From an uncultured bacterium (lineage in GTDB: Bacteria > Bacillota > Clostridia > Oscillospirales > Ruminococcaceae): 53,947 bases of DNA. The translations under genes and the position numbers were made by a program. This document shows, piece after piece, positions 18,899 through 26,743 of the stretch. The stretch spans positions 1 through 53,947 of the forward strand of contig CAJMQZ010000001.1 of the NCBI GenBank assembly GCA_905215595.1. Direction: 5' to 3'. How positions within the stretch are numbered: position 1 is the stretch's first letter; each line of letters starts with the position of its first letter. Below the pieces are notes generated by a model, which did no database searches, was not told the DNA's origin, and worked only from the letters and a program-made list of their open reading frames with translations.

Positions 18899-19015
18899 GT
18901 GAAACGCTCCTTTGCTTGTTGTGTTGGTGTTCGTGATGATCTCCCGGCGGCTGCCGGGGTAGTGGGGCGGGGCCGCTTTGTCCGGTGCGACTCTGCCAGG
19001 GCATCCGGTGGGCAT

Positions 19016-19228
19016 TCAGCCCAGAAGCGCGGCCGCGGCATCCTGCCAGGTGGGAAAGCTGTAGAACGTGCGGCGCTCTGCGTTGGTGTTCTCGCCGGTG
19101 ATTCGTGCGGCGATCCGCTGCCCGGTGCGGGGGTCCCACCCTTCCAGCCGATACCCGGCGGCCTGAAGGCGGCGGGCTGCGGCGTTCTCCTTGCGGTTCC
19201 GTTCGCGGATCTGTTCAAGTGTCATCAT
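19016..19228 (-). CDS. Small hypothetical protein
   Basis: GAAAGGAG RBS. Confidence 0.6.
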   Translation of the reverse strand: MMTLEQIRERNRKENAAARRLQAAGYRLEGWDPRTGQRIAARITGENTNAERRTFYSFPTWQDAAAALLG

Positions 19229-19242
19229 GGTGCAGGCTCCTT

Positions 19243-19599
19243 TCAATCTTCGGTGCAGCTGTGGCAGTAAAGCGCGTCAATCACTTTGTCATCGCTGAAA
19301 TCTTCCGGGGTGCCGTTCGCGTCAACCACTAGGTCAACGCGGTCATAAATTCGCAGATCGGTTTTTGCATCGACGGTAAAATACCAGTCGTCACCGTCCA
19401 GCGCGTCGGTGCACCAGACTTCAACCGCGCCGTCATCGGTGGCGGTCATGCCCTGCACAATGGCCGGGGCGATGTAGCGGCCCAGGGGGCCGACGGTGTA
19501 GGGGCATTGTGCCGCGGCCTTCGGTGCGGTGCCTGCCAGCATTGCGGCCACCAGTGCGGCGGCGGTGGTGATCTTCTTTGCAGTGTTCAAAAGTTTCAT
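19243..19599 (-). CDS. Secreted acidic protein
   Basis: N-terminal signal peptide ending AAA; AAGGAG RBS. Confidence 0.65.
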   Translation of the reverse strand: MKLLNTAKKITTAAALVAAMLAGTAPKAAAQCPYTVGPLGRYIAPAIVQGMTATDDGAVEVWCTDALDGDDWYFTVDAKTDLRIYDRVDLVVDANGTPEDFSDDKVIDALYCHSCTED

Positions 19600-19700
19600 G
19601 TTCTTTGCTCCTTTGCTTTTCAGGTTTGCCCCGGCGGGCTGCCGGGGTTATGGGGCGGGGCCGCTTTGTTTGAGCGGTGCGACCCTGCCAGGGCATCCGC

Positions 19701-19729
19701 TTGACTTTACCGCCTTTCGGTGGTAAACT
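19701..19729 (+). promoter_or_regulatory. Sigma70-type promoter for an antisense sRNA
   Basis: TTGACT, 17 bp, TAAACT with extended TG. Confidence 0.7.
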
Positions 19730-19730
19730 G

Positions 19731-19803
19731 GCTTACAAGATGCGTTGTGGAAAATTCATCTTGCAAGCCTGTCACCTGCTTTAGTGGGTGGCGGGCTTTT
19801 TTG
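19731..19803 (+). ncRNA. Putative ~70-nt antisense sRNA
   Basis: Promoter, hairpin GCTTACAAGATG/CATCTTGCAAGC, then terminator AGCCTGTCACC/GGTGGCGGGCT plus U-tract. Confidence 0.55.
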
Positions 19804-19891
19804 CTGCCTGCTTCTTTTTCCACTCTGCCAGGTAGGCGGCCCAGATCGCTTTTTTCAAAGCGGCGGGGAGTTTGAAAAATTCAATGCTCAT
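19781..19891 (-). CDS. 36-aa basic amphipathic peptide MSIEFFKLPAALKKAIWAAYLAEWKKKQAAKKPATH
   Basis: GAGGTG RBS; first ORF after the leftward promoter. Confidence 0.6.
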   Translation of the reverse strand: MSIEFFKLPAALKKAIWAAYLAEWKKKQAAKKPATH

Positions 19892-19944
19892 GCTGTTCAC
19901 CTCACTTCCTGCCCAAGACCGGGGCGGCTATGTTACCAGCTTGA

Positions 19945-20096
19945 CACGTTGCGGTGTCGTTCGCTGTGGCTGCATTGTAGCACCGCAACGTGTCACCTGT
20001 CAAGCACGTTGCGGTGTTTTCGGCGGTCTGCACAAAAAACACGGTGCGGTGCTGTGAAAATTGCACGTTGCGGTGTCGGCGGAACTGTGCTATATT
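19945..20096. promoter_or_regulatory. Divergent promoters with five CACGTTGCGGTG operators
   Basis: Copies at 19945, 19981 (inverted), 20005, 20040 (1 mismatch) and 20064; leftward TTGACA-18-TACAAT, rightward TTGCGG-17-TATATT. Confidence 0.8.
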
Positions 20097-20127
20097 ATAT
20101 TTATAAAAATAAGCAAGGGGTAATAAT

Positions 20128-20358
20128 ATGCCAGTTTCGGAAACAAAAAGACGAAATAACGACAAATACAACGCAAAATGCGACCGCATAACCGTTTGGC
20201 CCATAAAAGCAAAAGGCGCAGCAATCCGCGCCGCGGCAAAAGAAAACGGGGAAAGCCTGCAAGGGTATATTTTGGCGGCGGTATATGCCAGAATGGAGCG
20301 GGAAGGGCAGCCGTTAGAGATCGACCCGGCGGAATCCGGGGAAGAAGGGGGACTATAG
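20128..20358 (+). CDS. Ribbon-helix-helix (Arc/CopG-like) regulator
   Basis: DRITVW beta-strand followed by helices I.AAA...GESL.GYI..AV. Confidence 0.7.
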   Translation: MPVSETKRRNNDKYNAKCDRITVWPIKAKGAAIRAAAKENGESLQGYILAAVYARMEREGQPLEIDPAESGEEGGL

Positions 20359-21755
20359 GGGGTTACTGGGGAGAGTTCTAGCCTGCTAGGTTAAAGCCCT
20401 ACACCTGCCTCTCAATCCCGTTAGGTGGAGAATCTGACCCCTCCGGCAAACGGCAAAATTGACCCGGATGGAGCACCGCCAGCGCCAGCCGTGACGCTGG
20501 AACGCCGACAGCGGGAACGGTGCCAGCGCTGACCATGCCCACCGGCACCGCCAGCAGATCAGCCCCACCACCGGTACCGGGACGCACCCCGCCGGAACCA
20601 TTGCCGCCAGTGCAGACCAAAGGCCAGAGCAGAAGCGCACGCCGCGCCGTCTGCCTTGGCCTTTTTCTTTTGCGCCGCCTTCCCGCCTGCCCGGCCTGCC
20701 GGATCAGCAGCCCGGCACGCGCTGGGTGTTGTCGGCGGCCGCCCCGGGGAAAAGCTGGAAAGTACCCGGGGAGCGCTGGACGCGGTACCCGGATATTGCG
20801 CCAACCACCTGCACCGGGAAGGACCGGCACCGCCAGCGCCGCGCCGATGACCCCGCAGCCCACAAGCTGCACAGCCTGCACACCCTGCCAGACATCACAG
20901 CAGCCAGCAGCCCACCGCCAGCACCTACCGACACCGCACCCCGCCAGCCCTGCCGCCAACCTGCCGCAGCAGATCACCCCGCCAACAGCCAAAAACCACC
21001 CGCCGCAGCCCGCCGCCGGAGGGGTCAGATTCTTTACCTGACCGGCATATGGCCTTTGCAGTATAGCCAATAGCTAGGCTATAGCCGCCTTATCTAACCC
21101 CCTGCCCCCTTCCTTCTCCGCCTCGACGGCCTGCCGCTGCCCTGGGCACCGCCCACCGGCGGCCCGGCACCGGCCCGGCCTGCCGTCGCCCCGTCCGGCC
21201 CCGCCGCTGGAAAGGTACTGCCCCCCGCCGGCGGGCGCGGTGCGGGTTCGGAAGCCCCAAAATATTTCTAGGTGTCAATTTTTTCGAAGGGCTTCCGCGT
21301 TTTTGGCCCACGAAAAGGGGGTACAGGTTAAAAAATGTAAGTCCGGGGCGAACATGGCGGTAACGTCACCGGGATGGTGTCCGCTTACAATTTGTAAGCA
21401 ACTCACGTTTTGCCGGTGCCAACAAATCATTCCGGTGCGATTTTGTTGAGGTCAACAAAATCGGGATAGACCATCTTGCCGGGGCTGGCAAAATGGTGGC
21501 TATGTCATAAAGTGTTTACATTTGAAAGCTCCAACCGGCAAAAGATAAGACGTTATAAGACGGTTTTGGTGCTATACTTAGTACAGTGGAATTATGGAGA
21601 GAGGCCTCACGGCGGCGAACCGAGGGGCCTTTTTCATACACTGTTGCTTACAAGTTGTAAGCGACCCGAAGAAATGCCGCAGGACCGGCGGCGAAACTGA
21701 ATGCTCTGCCTGGATGATTTGCCAGACGGGGCATTTTTTATTGGAGGAAAACCAA

Positions 21756-22490
21756 ATGGCAAGGCGAAGCGATGAGCGCGATGCCGCCCGCGCTGAGTAC
21801 ATTGCCCGGATGGAGAAAGACGGAGAAGTGAATCTTCGACAGCTGGCGGACGATCTCCATCTTAAATATGATACGGTCCGCCGCTGGAAGGCAAAGGACG
21901 GGTGGGACCCGCCCGCACCCCGGAAGCCCGGCGGACAGCCGGGAAACAAAAACGCCGTGGGCAACCCCGGCGGCGGGGCACCTGTCGGGAATGAGAATGC
22001 AATGAAGGATGGAGCCTATGCGACCATCTTCTTTGACAAGCTCACCCCGGAAGAAAAACAGATCGTAGAGAATGCGCCTCGGAACAGCACCGAGCTGACT
22101 TCCCACGAAATCGGTGTACTGCTGCTCCGGGAAAAGTACATTCTGGACAAGATCAAAGAGTATCAGGCTTTACCGCCTGACCAGATGATTACATCCAGCG
22201 TCATGGATATGCGAGTACCCGGCGGACGTGGCAAGCGGAAGCGGGACGGCGCAAACCAGCAGATCGGTATGTATCAGAAGGAGACCCCGGCACAGCGTAT
22301 CTTGCAGCTGCAGGAAGCCTTGAACAAAATTCATGGCCGCATCCTGTCTGCGGCGGCCCAGATGCAGAAAAACGAAATGGACAAGCTGCACCTGGAAACC
22401 GAACAGCAGCGGCTTGAACTGCTGCGCATCCGGGCGACCGGCGAGATCGGAGAACCGGGGGACGGTGACAAAGATGCTGTACACGAGTAA
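21756..22490 (+). CDS. Terminase small subunit-related HTH protein
   Basis: HTH (TVRRWK..DGW) and repeated GGQPGN.NA motifs. Confidence 0.75.
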   Translation: MARRSDERDAARAEYIARMEKDGEVNLRQLADDLHLKYDTVRRWKAKDGWDPPAPRKPGGQPGNKNAVGNPGGGAPVGNENAMKDGAYATIFFDKLTPEEKQIVENAPRNSTELTSHEIGVLLLREKYILDKIKEYQALPPDQMITSSVMDMRVPGGRGKRKRDGANQQIGMYQKETPAQRILQLQEALNKIHGRILSAAAQMQKNEMDKLHLETEQQRLELLRIRATGEIGEPGDGDKDAVHE

Positions 22491-22962
22491 GGCCGTTGGC
22501 GAATGGCTGGGTATCACTGACCGTCAGGTGCGGAACCTGCGGGATCAGGGCGTGCTGTCCGAAGTCCGGCCCGGTGTCTTTGACATGAAGGTCTGCGTCC
22601 GGCAATACCTGAACTTCAAGATCGGCAACAAAGACGATCAAGCCCGCCTTGTTGCTGCCCGTGCCGAGAGGGAGGAAACCCGCGGCAAGATCGAGAAAAT
22701 GCGGATGGAGGAAGCCCAAGGCGACCTGCACCGCACCGAGGACGTAGAACGCGCCCTGAAAACCATCTTTGCAAATTTCAAGAACCGGCTGGAAACCATC
22801 CCGACTAAGTACGCAAGTACCATGGCCCAGCTGACCGACCCGGCGGAAGCCCACGATATTCTGCAAAAAGCAGTGCAGGAAGCACTTGTGGAATTGAGTG
22901 ACCCCGAAATTGCGCTGGCAGCACCAGCGGGGGAGGAACCCGAAGATGAGCAGGAAGAATAA
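22474..22962 (+). CDS. Nu1-like DNA-packaging protein (terminase small subunit)
   Basis: N-terminal wHTH (LGIT.RQV..L) and coiled coil, directly before the large terminase. Confidence 0.75.
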   Translation: MLYTSKAVGEWLGITDRQVRNLRDQGVLSEVRPGVFDMKVCVRQYLNFKIGNKDDQARLVAARAEREETRGKIEKMRMEEAQGDLHRTEDVERALKTIFANFKNRLETIPTKYASTMAQLTDPAEAHDILQKAVQEALVELSDPEIALAAPAGEEPEDEQEE

Positions 22963-23051
22963 ATGCCGGGGTTGTGTCTGGGGAACCCGGCTGAATGAGA
23001 TCCAGCAGTTCTGCCCGTTCGGCGGCTGTGTGAAGAAAGGCGGCGGCAGCA

Positions 23052-24890
23052 ATGGCGATGATCCACCTGGAACCGCAGACTGCACAGATGTTCAGCCGAG
23101 CGCTGGGTGCGCTGAAGCCGCCCCCGAACCTGACCCTTAGCCAGTGGGCAGATAGCTACCGCCGCTTGTCGGCGGAAGCATCCGCAGCACAAGGCCGCTG
23201 GAATACGGACAATGCACCTTTCCAGCGGGAGATCATGGATGCCATCGGGGATGTCCATATCCGCAAGGTGGTAGCCATGATGTGCGCCCAGTCCGGCAAG
23301 ACCGACGGCCTGATCCTGAATACCATCGGGTACTACATGAGCTACTACCCGGCCCCTATCATGATCGTGCAGCCTACGGTGAACCTGGGCGAGAGCTTCA
23401 GCAAAGACCGTCTGGCTACCATGATCCGGGACACTCCGGTGCTTCGGGGCCTTGTGGATAACAAGAGCCGCTACTCCGGCAACACGATCATGAAAAAGAA
23501 CTTCGCCGGTGGTCAACTGACCATCGTTGGCGCAAACGCCCCGACCGATCTGCGCGGCCGCCCCATCAAGGTGCTGCTGGCGGACGAGGTGGACGCTTAC
23601 AAAGCCAGCGCCGGCAAAGAAGGCGACCCGGTCATGCTGGCCGAGCAGCGTCAAACGACCTACTGGGATTACAAGACGGTGCTGGTATCGACCCCCACCG
23701 ACAAAAACAACAGCCGCATTTTGGACGAGTTCAACGCATCCACCCAAGAGGAATGGACGGTGCCTTGCCCGAACTGCGGCTTTTATCAGCCCTTTGTTTG
23801 GGACAACATGGTATTCGATAAAGACAAGTGGCCGGAAGGCGGCGTGCAATACCGCTGCGCCGAGTGCGGCTGCCTTGACAACGAATACCGCTGGAAGAAA
23901 AACAGCCTGCAAGGAAAGTGGCACGCAGAGCACCCGGAACGGGCGGTGCGGGGCTTCCACATGAACAAGATAGGCTCGACCCTCTGCGGGTGGGACAAAA
24001 TCGTGGAGGACTTTATTGCCGCTGACCTGGATGCACAGCGCGGCGATTACGAGAAGATGCAGGTCTTTGTGAACACCGACCTGGGCTTGCCGTGGGAGGA
24101 ACCGGGCGAAGCGGTGGAGGCAAACAACCTGCTGGACCGCCGCGAGTTCTACGAGGCCGAAGTCCCGGACGGCGTAGTGTACCTGACGGCTGGTGTCGAT
24201 ACCCAGGATAACCGCTTCGAGGCCGAAGTGGTGGGCTGGGGTATCGGCAGAGAAAGCTGGGGCATCCGGTACCAACGCATCTACGGCGACCTGAAACGCG
24301 GTCAGGTGTGGGCAGACCTAGACGAGTTCCTTTCCCGTACATGGAAAAAGAAAGACGGCACGGAACTGTCCCTGCGGTCTGTCTGCATGGACAGTGGCGG
24401 CCACTTCCCGGATCAGGTCATCCGGTTTTGCAAAGAACGGGAGGAACGGCATATCTGGGCCATCAAAGGCCGCGGCGGCATGGACGTACCCTACCTGCGC
24501 AACCCCACTCAGAACAACCGCGTCAAGGGCGAACTGTTCACCTTGGGCGTTGACACCGGCAAGAACCACGTCCTTGCCCGGCTGAAAGTGCTTATCAAAG
24601 GCCCAAACTACTGCCACTTCCCGGCGGCAGAAGATGCCGGGTATGACGAAAATTATTTCAAGATGCTTACTGCGGAACACAAGGTCACACGCTGGAAGTC
24701 TGGCCGCAAAGTGGAACGGTGGGAGCTGAAGGATCCGGCGCAGAAACGTAACGAAGCATTTGACGTGCGGAACTACGCGACGGCTGCGCTGGAAATCAGC
24801 AACCCGCCCGGTCTGGAAATCCCCGGTGAGGATGCACAGCGTCCTGCACAACAGCGCCAGTACCGCAGAAGGAGATCGGGAGGTATCTAA
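23052..24890 (+). CDS. Terminase large subunit (lambda GpA family)
   Basis: AQSGKT Walker A, DEVD Walker B, CP.C Zn motif, GVDTQ nuclease domain. Confidence 0.95.
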   Translation: MAMIHLEPQTAQMFSRALGALKPPPNLTLSQWADSYRRLSAEASAAQGRWNTDNAPFQREIMDAIGDVHIRKVVAMMCAQSGKTDGLILNTIGYYMSYYPAPIMIVQPTVNLGESFSKDRLATMIRDTPVLRGLVDNKSRYSGNTIMKKNFAGGQLTIVGANAPTDLRGRPIKVLLADEVDAYKASAGKEGDPVMLAEQRQTTYWDYKTVLVSTPTDKNNSRILDEFNASTQEEWTVPCPNCGFYQPFVWDNMVFDKDKWPEGGVQYRCAECGCLDNEYRWKKNSLQGKWHAEHPERAVRGFHMNKIGSTLCGWDKIVEDFIAADLDAQRGDYEKMQVFVNTDLGLPWEEPGEAVEANNLLDRREFYEAEVPDGVVYLTAGVDTQDNRFEAEVVGWGIGRESWGIRYQRIYGDLKRGQVWADLDEFLSRTWKKKDGTELSLRSVCMDSGGHFPDQVIRFCKEREERHIWAIKGRGGMDVPYLRNPTQNNRVKGELFTLGVDTGKNHVLARLKVLIKGPNYCHFPAAEDAGYDENYFKMLTAEHKVTRWKSGRKVERWELKDPAQKRNEAFDVRNYATAALEISNPPGLEIPGEDAQRPAQQRQYRRRRSGGI

Positions 24891-24893
24891 CCA

Positions 24894-25130
24894 ATGCCTG
24901 TTATTTCAAAAGAGACCGCCCAGCGGCACCTTGATATGTGGCTGGAAGCTGAGGCTGCCGTATCGACCGGGCAGAGCTACCAGATCGAGCAGATGGTCTT
25001 GACCCGCGCCAGCCTGAAACAGATCCGGGAAAGCATTGCTTTCTGGGAAAAGAAAGTGGCTGAAGCGGAAGCGGAGGAAAGGGGCCGGGGCAGAAACCGG
25101 ATCTACCACTTCTCTCCGCATGACGTGTAA
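24894..25130 (+). CDS. Head-tail joining protein (gpW-like)
   Basis: GQSY.I....LTRA motif between terminase and portal. Confidence 0.75.
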   Translation: MPVISKETAQRHLDMWLEAEAAVSTGQSYQIEQMVLTRASLKQIRESIAFWEKKVAEAEAEERGRGRNRIYHFSPHDV

Positions 25131-25144
25131 GGAAGGTGGAGCAC

Positions 25145-26743
25145 ATGGCGAATTTCCTTGATAAGGCCATTGCGGCAATCTCCCCCGAAAAGGGGTATCG
25201 CCGCGCTGTGGCCCGCACGGCGCTGTCTGTCATAAACAACGGTACCGGCTACGGAAACTATGGAGCTTCCCACACATCCCGCTCTATGCGGAGCTGGCAC
25301 GTTGGCGGCGGCAGTGCAAAAGAGGACATCGAGGACAATCTGGAAACACTGCGCAAGCGGAGCCGGGATGCTTACATGGGTATCCCACTGGCAGCCGGCG
25401 CAATCAAGACCCTGCGCACTAATGTGGTGGGGAGCGGCCTTGTGCCGACACCCCAGGTCGATGCGGACTATCTGCACCTGACCGAGGAACAGGCTGACCA
25501 TTTGCAGGCGGAAATTTCCCGCGAGTTCAGCTTGTGGGCGGATAGTGCGGCCTGCGATGCAAGCGGCATGGATAACTTCTGGCGGCTGCAAACACTGGCA
25601 TTCACCAGCTTCCTGATGAACGGTGACGTATTTGCAGCAGTGCAGTTCAAAGAACGTGGGAACTGGCCGTATGCCTTGCAGCTCCGGTTGATCGAGGCTG
25701 ACCAGGTGTGCAGTCCTGACCGCACAGACAGAATGAATCCCTGCAAGGTGGACGGTATCAATGTGCACCAGATCGTTCAGGGCGTGGAAACGGACAAAGA
25801 CGGCGCAGTCATTGCCTACTGGGTAGCCAGCAGGCACCCGCTGGCCTATGATAATCCGCTGCCCCTGACATGGACGCGGGTAGAAGCCCGCGACAAAGAA
25901 ACGGGAGAACCGAACATCCTGTGTGTCACCCAGAGGGAACGTGCCGGGCAGCGGCGCGGCGTTCCCCTGCTGGCACCGGTACTGCCCACGATGAAGCAGA
26001 TGGGCAGATATACGGATGCAGAGTTGGCCGCGGCCATCGTGGCATCATCTATCACGCTGTTTATCAAGCATGATAACCCGGTCAGCGGAGCACCGTTTGG
26101 TGAGGATCCGTCCGACAAGGCGGAGGACCCGAACACTCCGCCTGATGAACTGGCAATCAACCTTGCGCCGTCTGCGGTGTTTGACCTTGCGCCCGGCGAA
26201 ACACCGGACACGTTTGACCCGAAACATCCGACCACGACATATGACGGCTTTATGTCAGCTATGTCCAACCAGGTGGCGACGGGTATTGAAGTGCCCAGCG
26301 AGGTGCTTTATAAGAAGTTCAGCTCCAACTACTCCGCAAGCCGCGGTTCTCTGAACGAGTTTTGGAGAACGTGCGATGTGATGCGGGACAGCTTTGCAGC
26401 GGACTTCTGCCAGCCGACATACGAAAAGTGGTTTGCCGAAGCGGTAGCCCGTGGACGTATCAATGCGCCGGGCTTCTTCGATGACCCGGCTGTTGCAAAA
26501 GCCTATATGGCCTGTAACTGGAACGGCCCGGCACGCACCAATCTGGATGCGAAGAAAGAAATCGAGGCGGCTATCCTGCGTATGGAACAGGGCATTTCCA
26601 CTGCCGAACAGGAAACGGCACAGATGACCGGCGGAAGCTGGCGGGCCAATATGCGGCAGCGCAAAAGTGAAATGGAAAAAATGAAGGAGGTAGGTTGCAA
26701 TGGGCAAAGCCAATTCCCAGACGAACCCCAAGTCAACGAATAA
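25145..26743 (+). CDS. Portal protein, lambda family
   Basis: R.RSRD, GQ.RGVP and NYSASR motifs. Confidence 0.93.
   Translation: MANFLDKAIAAISPEKGYRRAVARTALSVINNGTGYGNYGASHTSRSMRSWHVGGGSAKEDIEDNLETLRKRSRDAYMGIPLAAGAIKTLRTNVVGSGLVPTPQVDADYLHLTEEQADHLQAEISREFSLWADSAACDASGMDNFWRLQTLAFTSFLMNGDVFAAVQFKERGNWPYALQLRLIEADQVCSPDRTDRMNPCKVDGINVHQIVQGVETDKDGAVIAYWVASRHPLAYDNPLPLTWTRVEARDKETGEPNILCVTQRERAGQRRGVPLLAPVLPTMKQMGRYTDAELAAAIVASSITLFIKHDNPVSGAPFGEDPSDKAEDPNTPPDELAINLAPSAVFDLAPGETPDTFDPKHPTTTYDGFMSAMSNQVATGIEVPSEVLYKKFSSNYSASRGSLNEFWRTCDVMRDSFAADFCQPTYEKWFAEAVARGRINAPGFFDDPAVAKAYMACNWNGPARTNLDAKKEIEAAILRMEQGISTAEQETAQMTGGSWRANMRQRKSEMEKMKEVGCNGQSQFPDEPQVNE

Larger units (their letters stand above)
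14510..19701. repeat. Family of ~70-nt structured intergenic repeats (5 full, 3 partial copies)
   Basis: Full copies at about 15015-15084, 17231-17297, 17939-18008, 18943-19009 and 19629-19701; partial copies at 14510-14528, 14783-14816 and 15464-15520. Confidence 0.9.

Noticed and set aside
18943..19018. Stop-codon read-through stimulated by the pseudoknot
   Set aside because: The downstream gene is in frame at this copy but not at the 17.3 kb copy, so it is not a general rule.
17186..19270. 694-aa plus-strand ORF and other long antisense ORFs (e.g. 45236-47242, 47011-48636, 30921-32708, 22638-24275)
   Set aside because: They are shadow frames of GC-rich genes on the opposite strand, with no RBS or recognisable motifs.
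14510..19701. Intergenic repeats as a CRISPR array or sigma54 promoters
   Set aside because: The spacers are whole genes of variable length and no cas genes are present. TGGCA...GC spacing is GG-N7-GC rather than GG-N10-GC.
20386..21311. ORFs of 64-223 aa in the GC-rich gap
   Set aside because: Low-complexity Pro/Ala/Arg/Gly translations in several frames without RBS; treated as non-coding.
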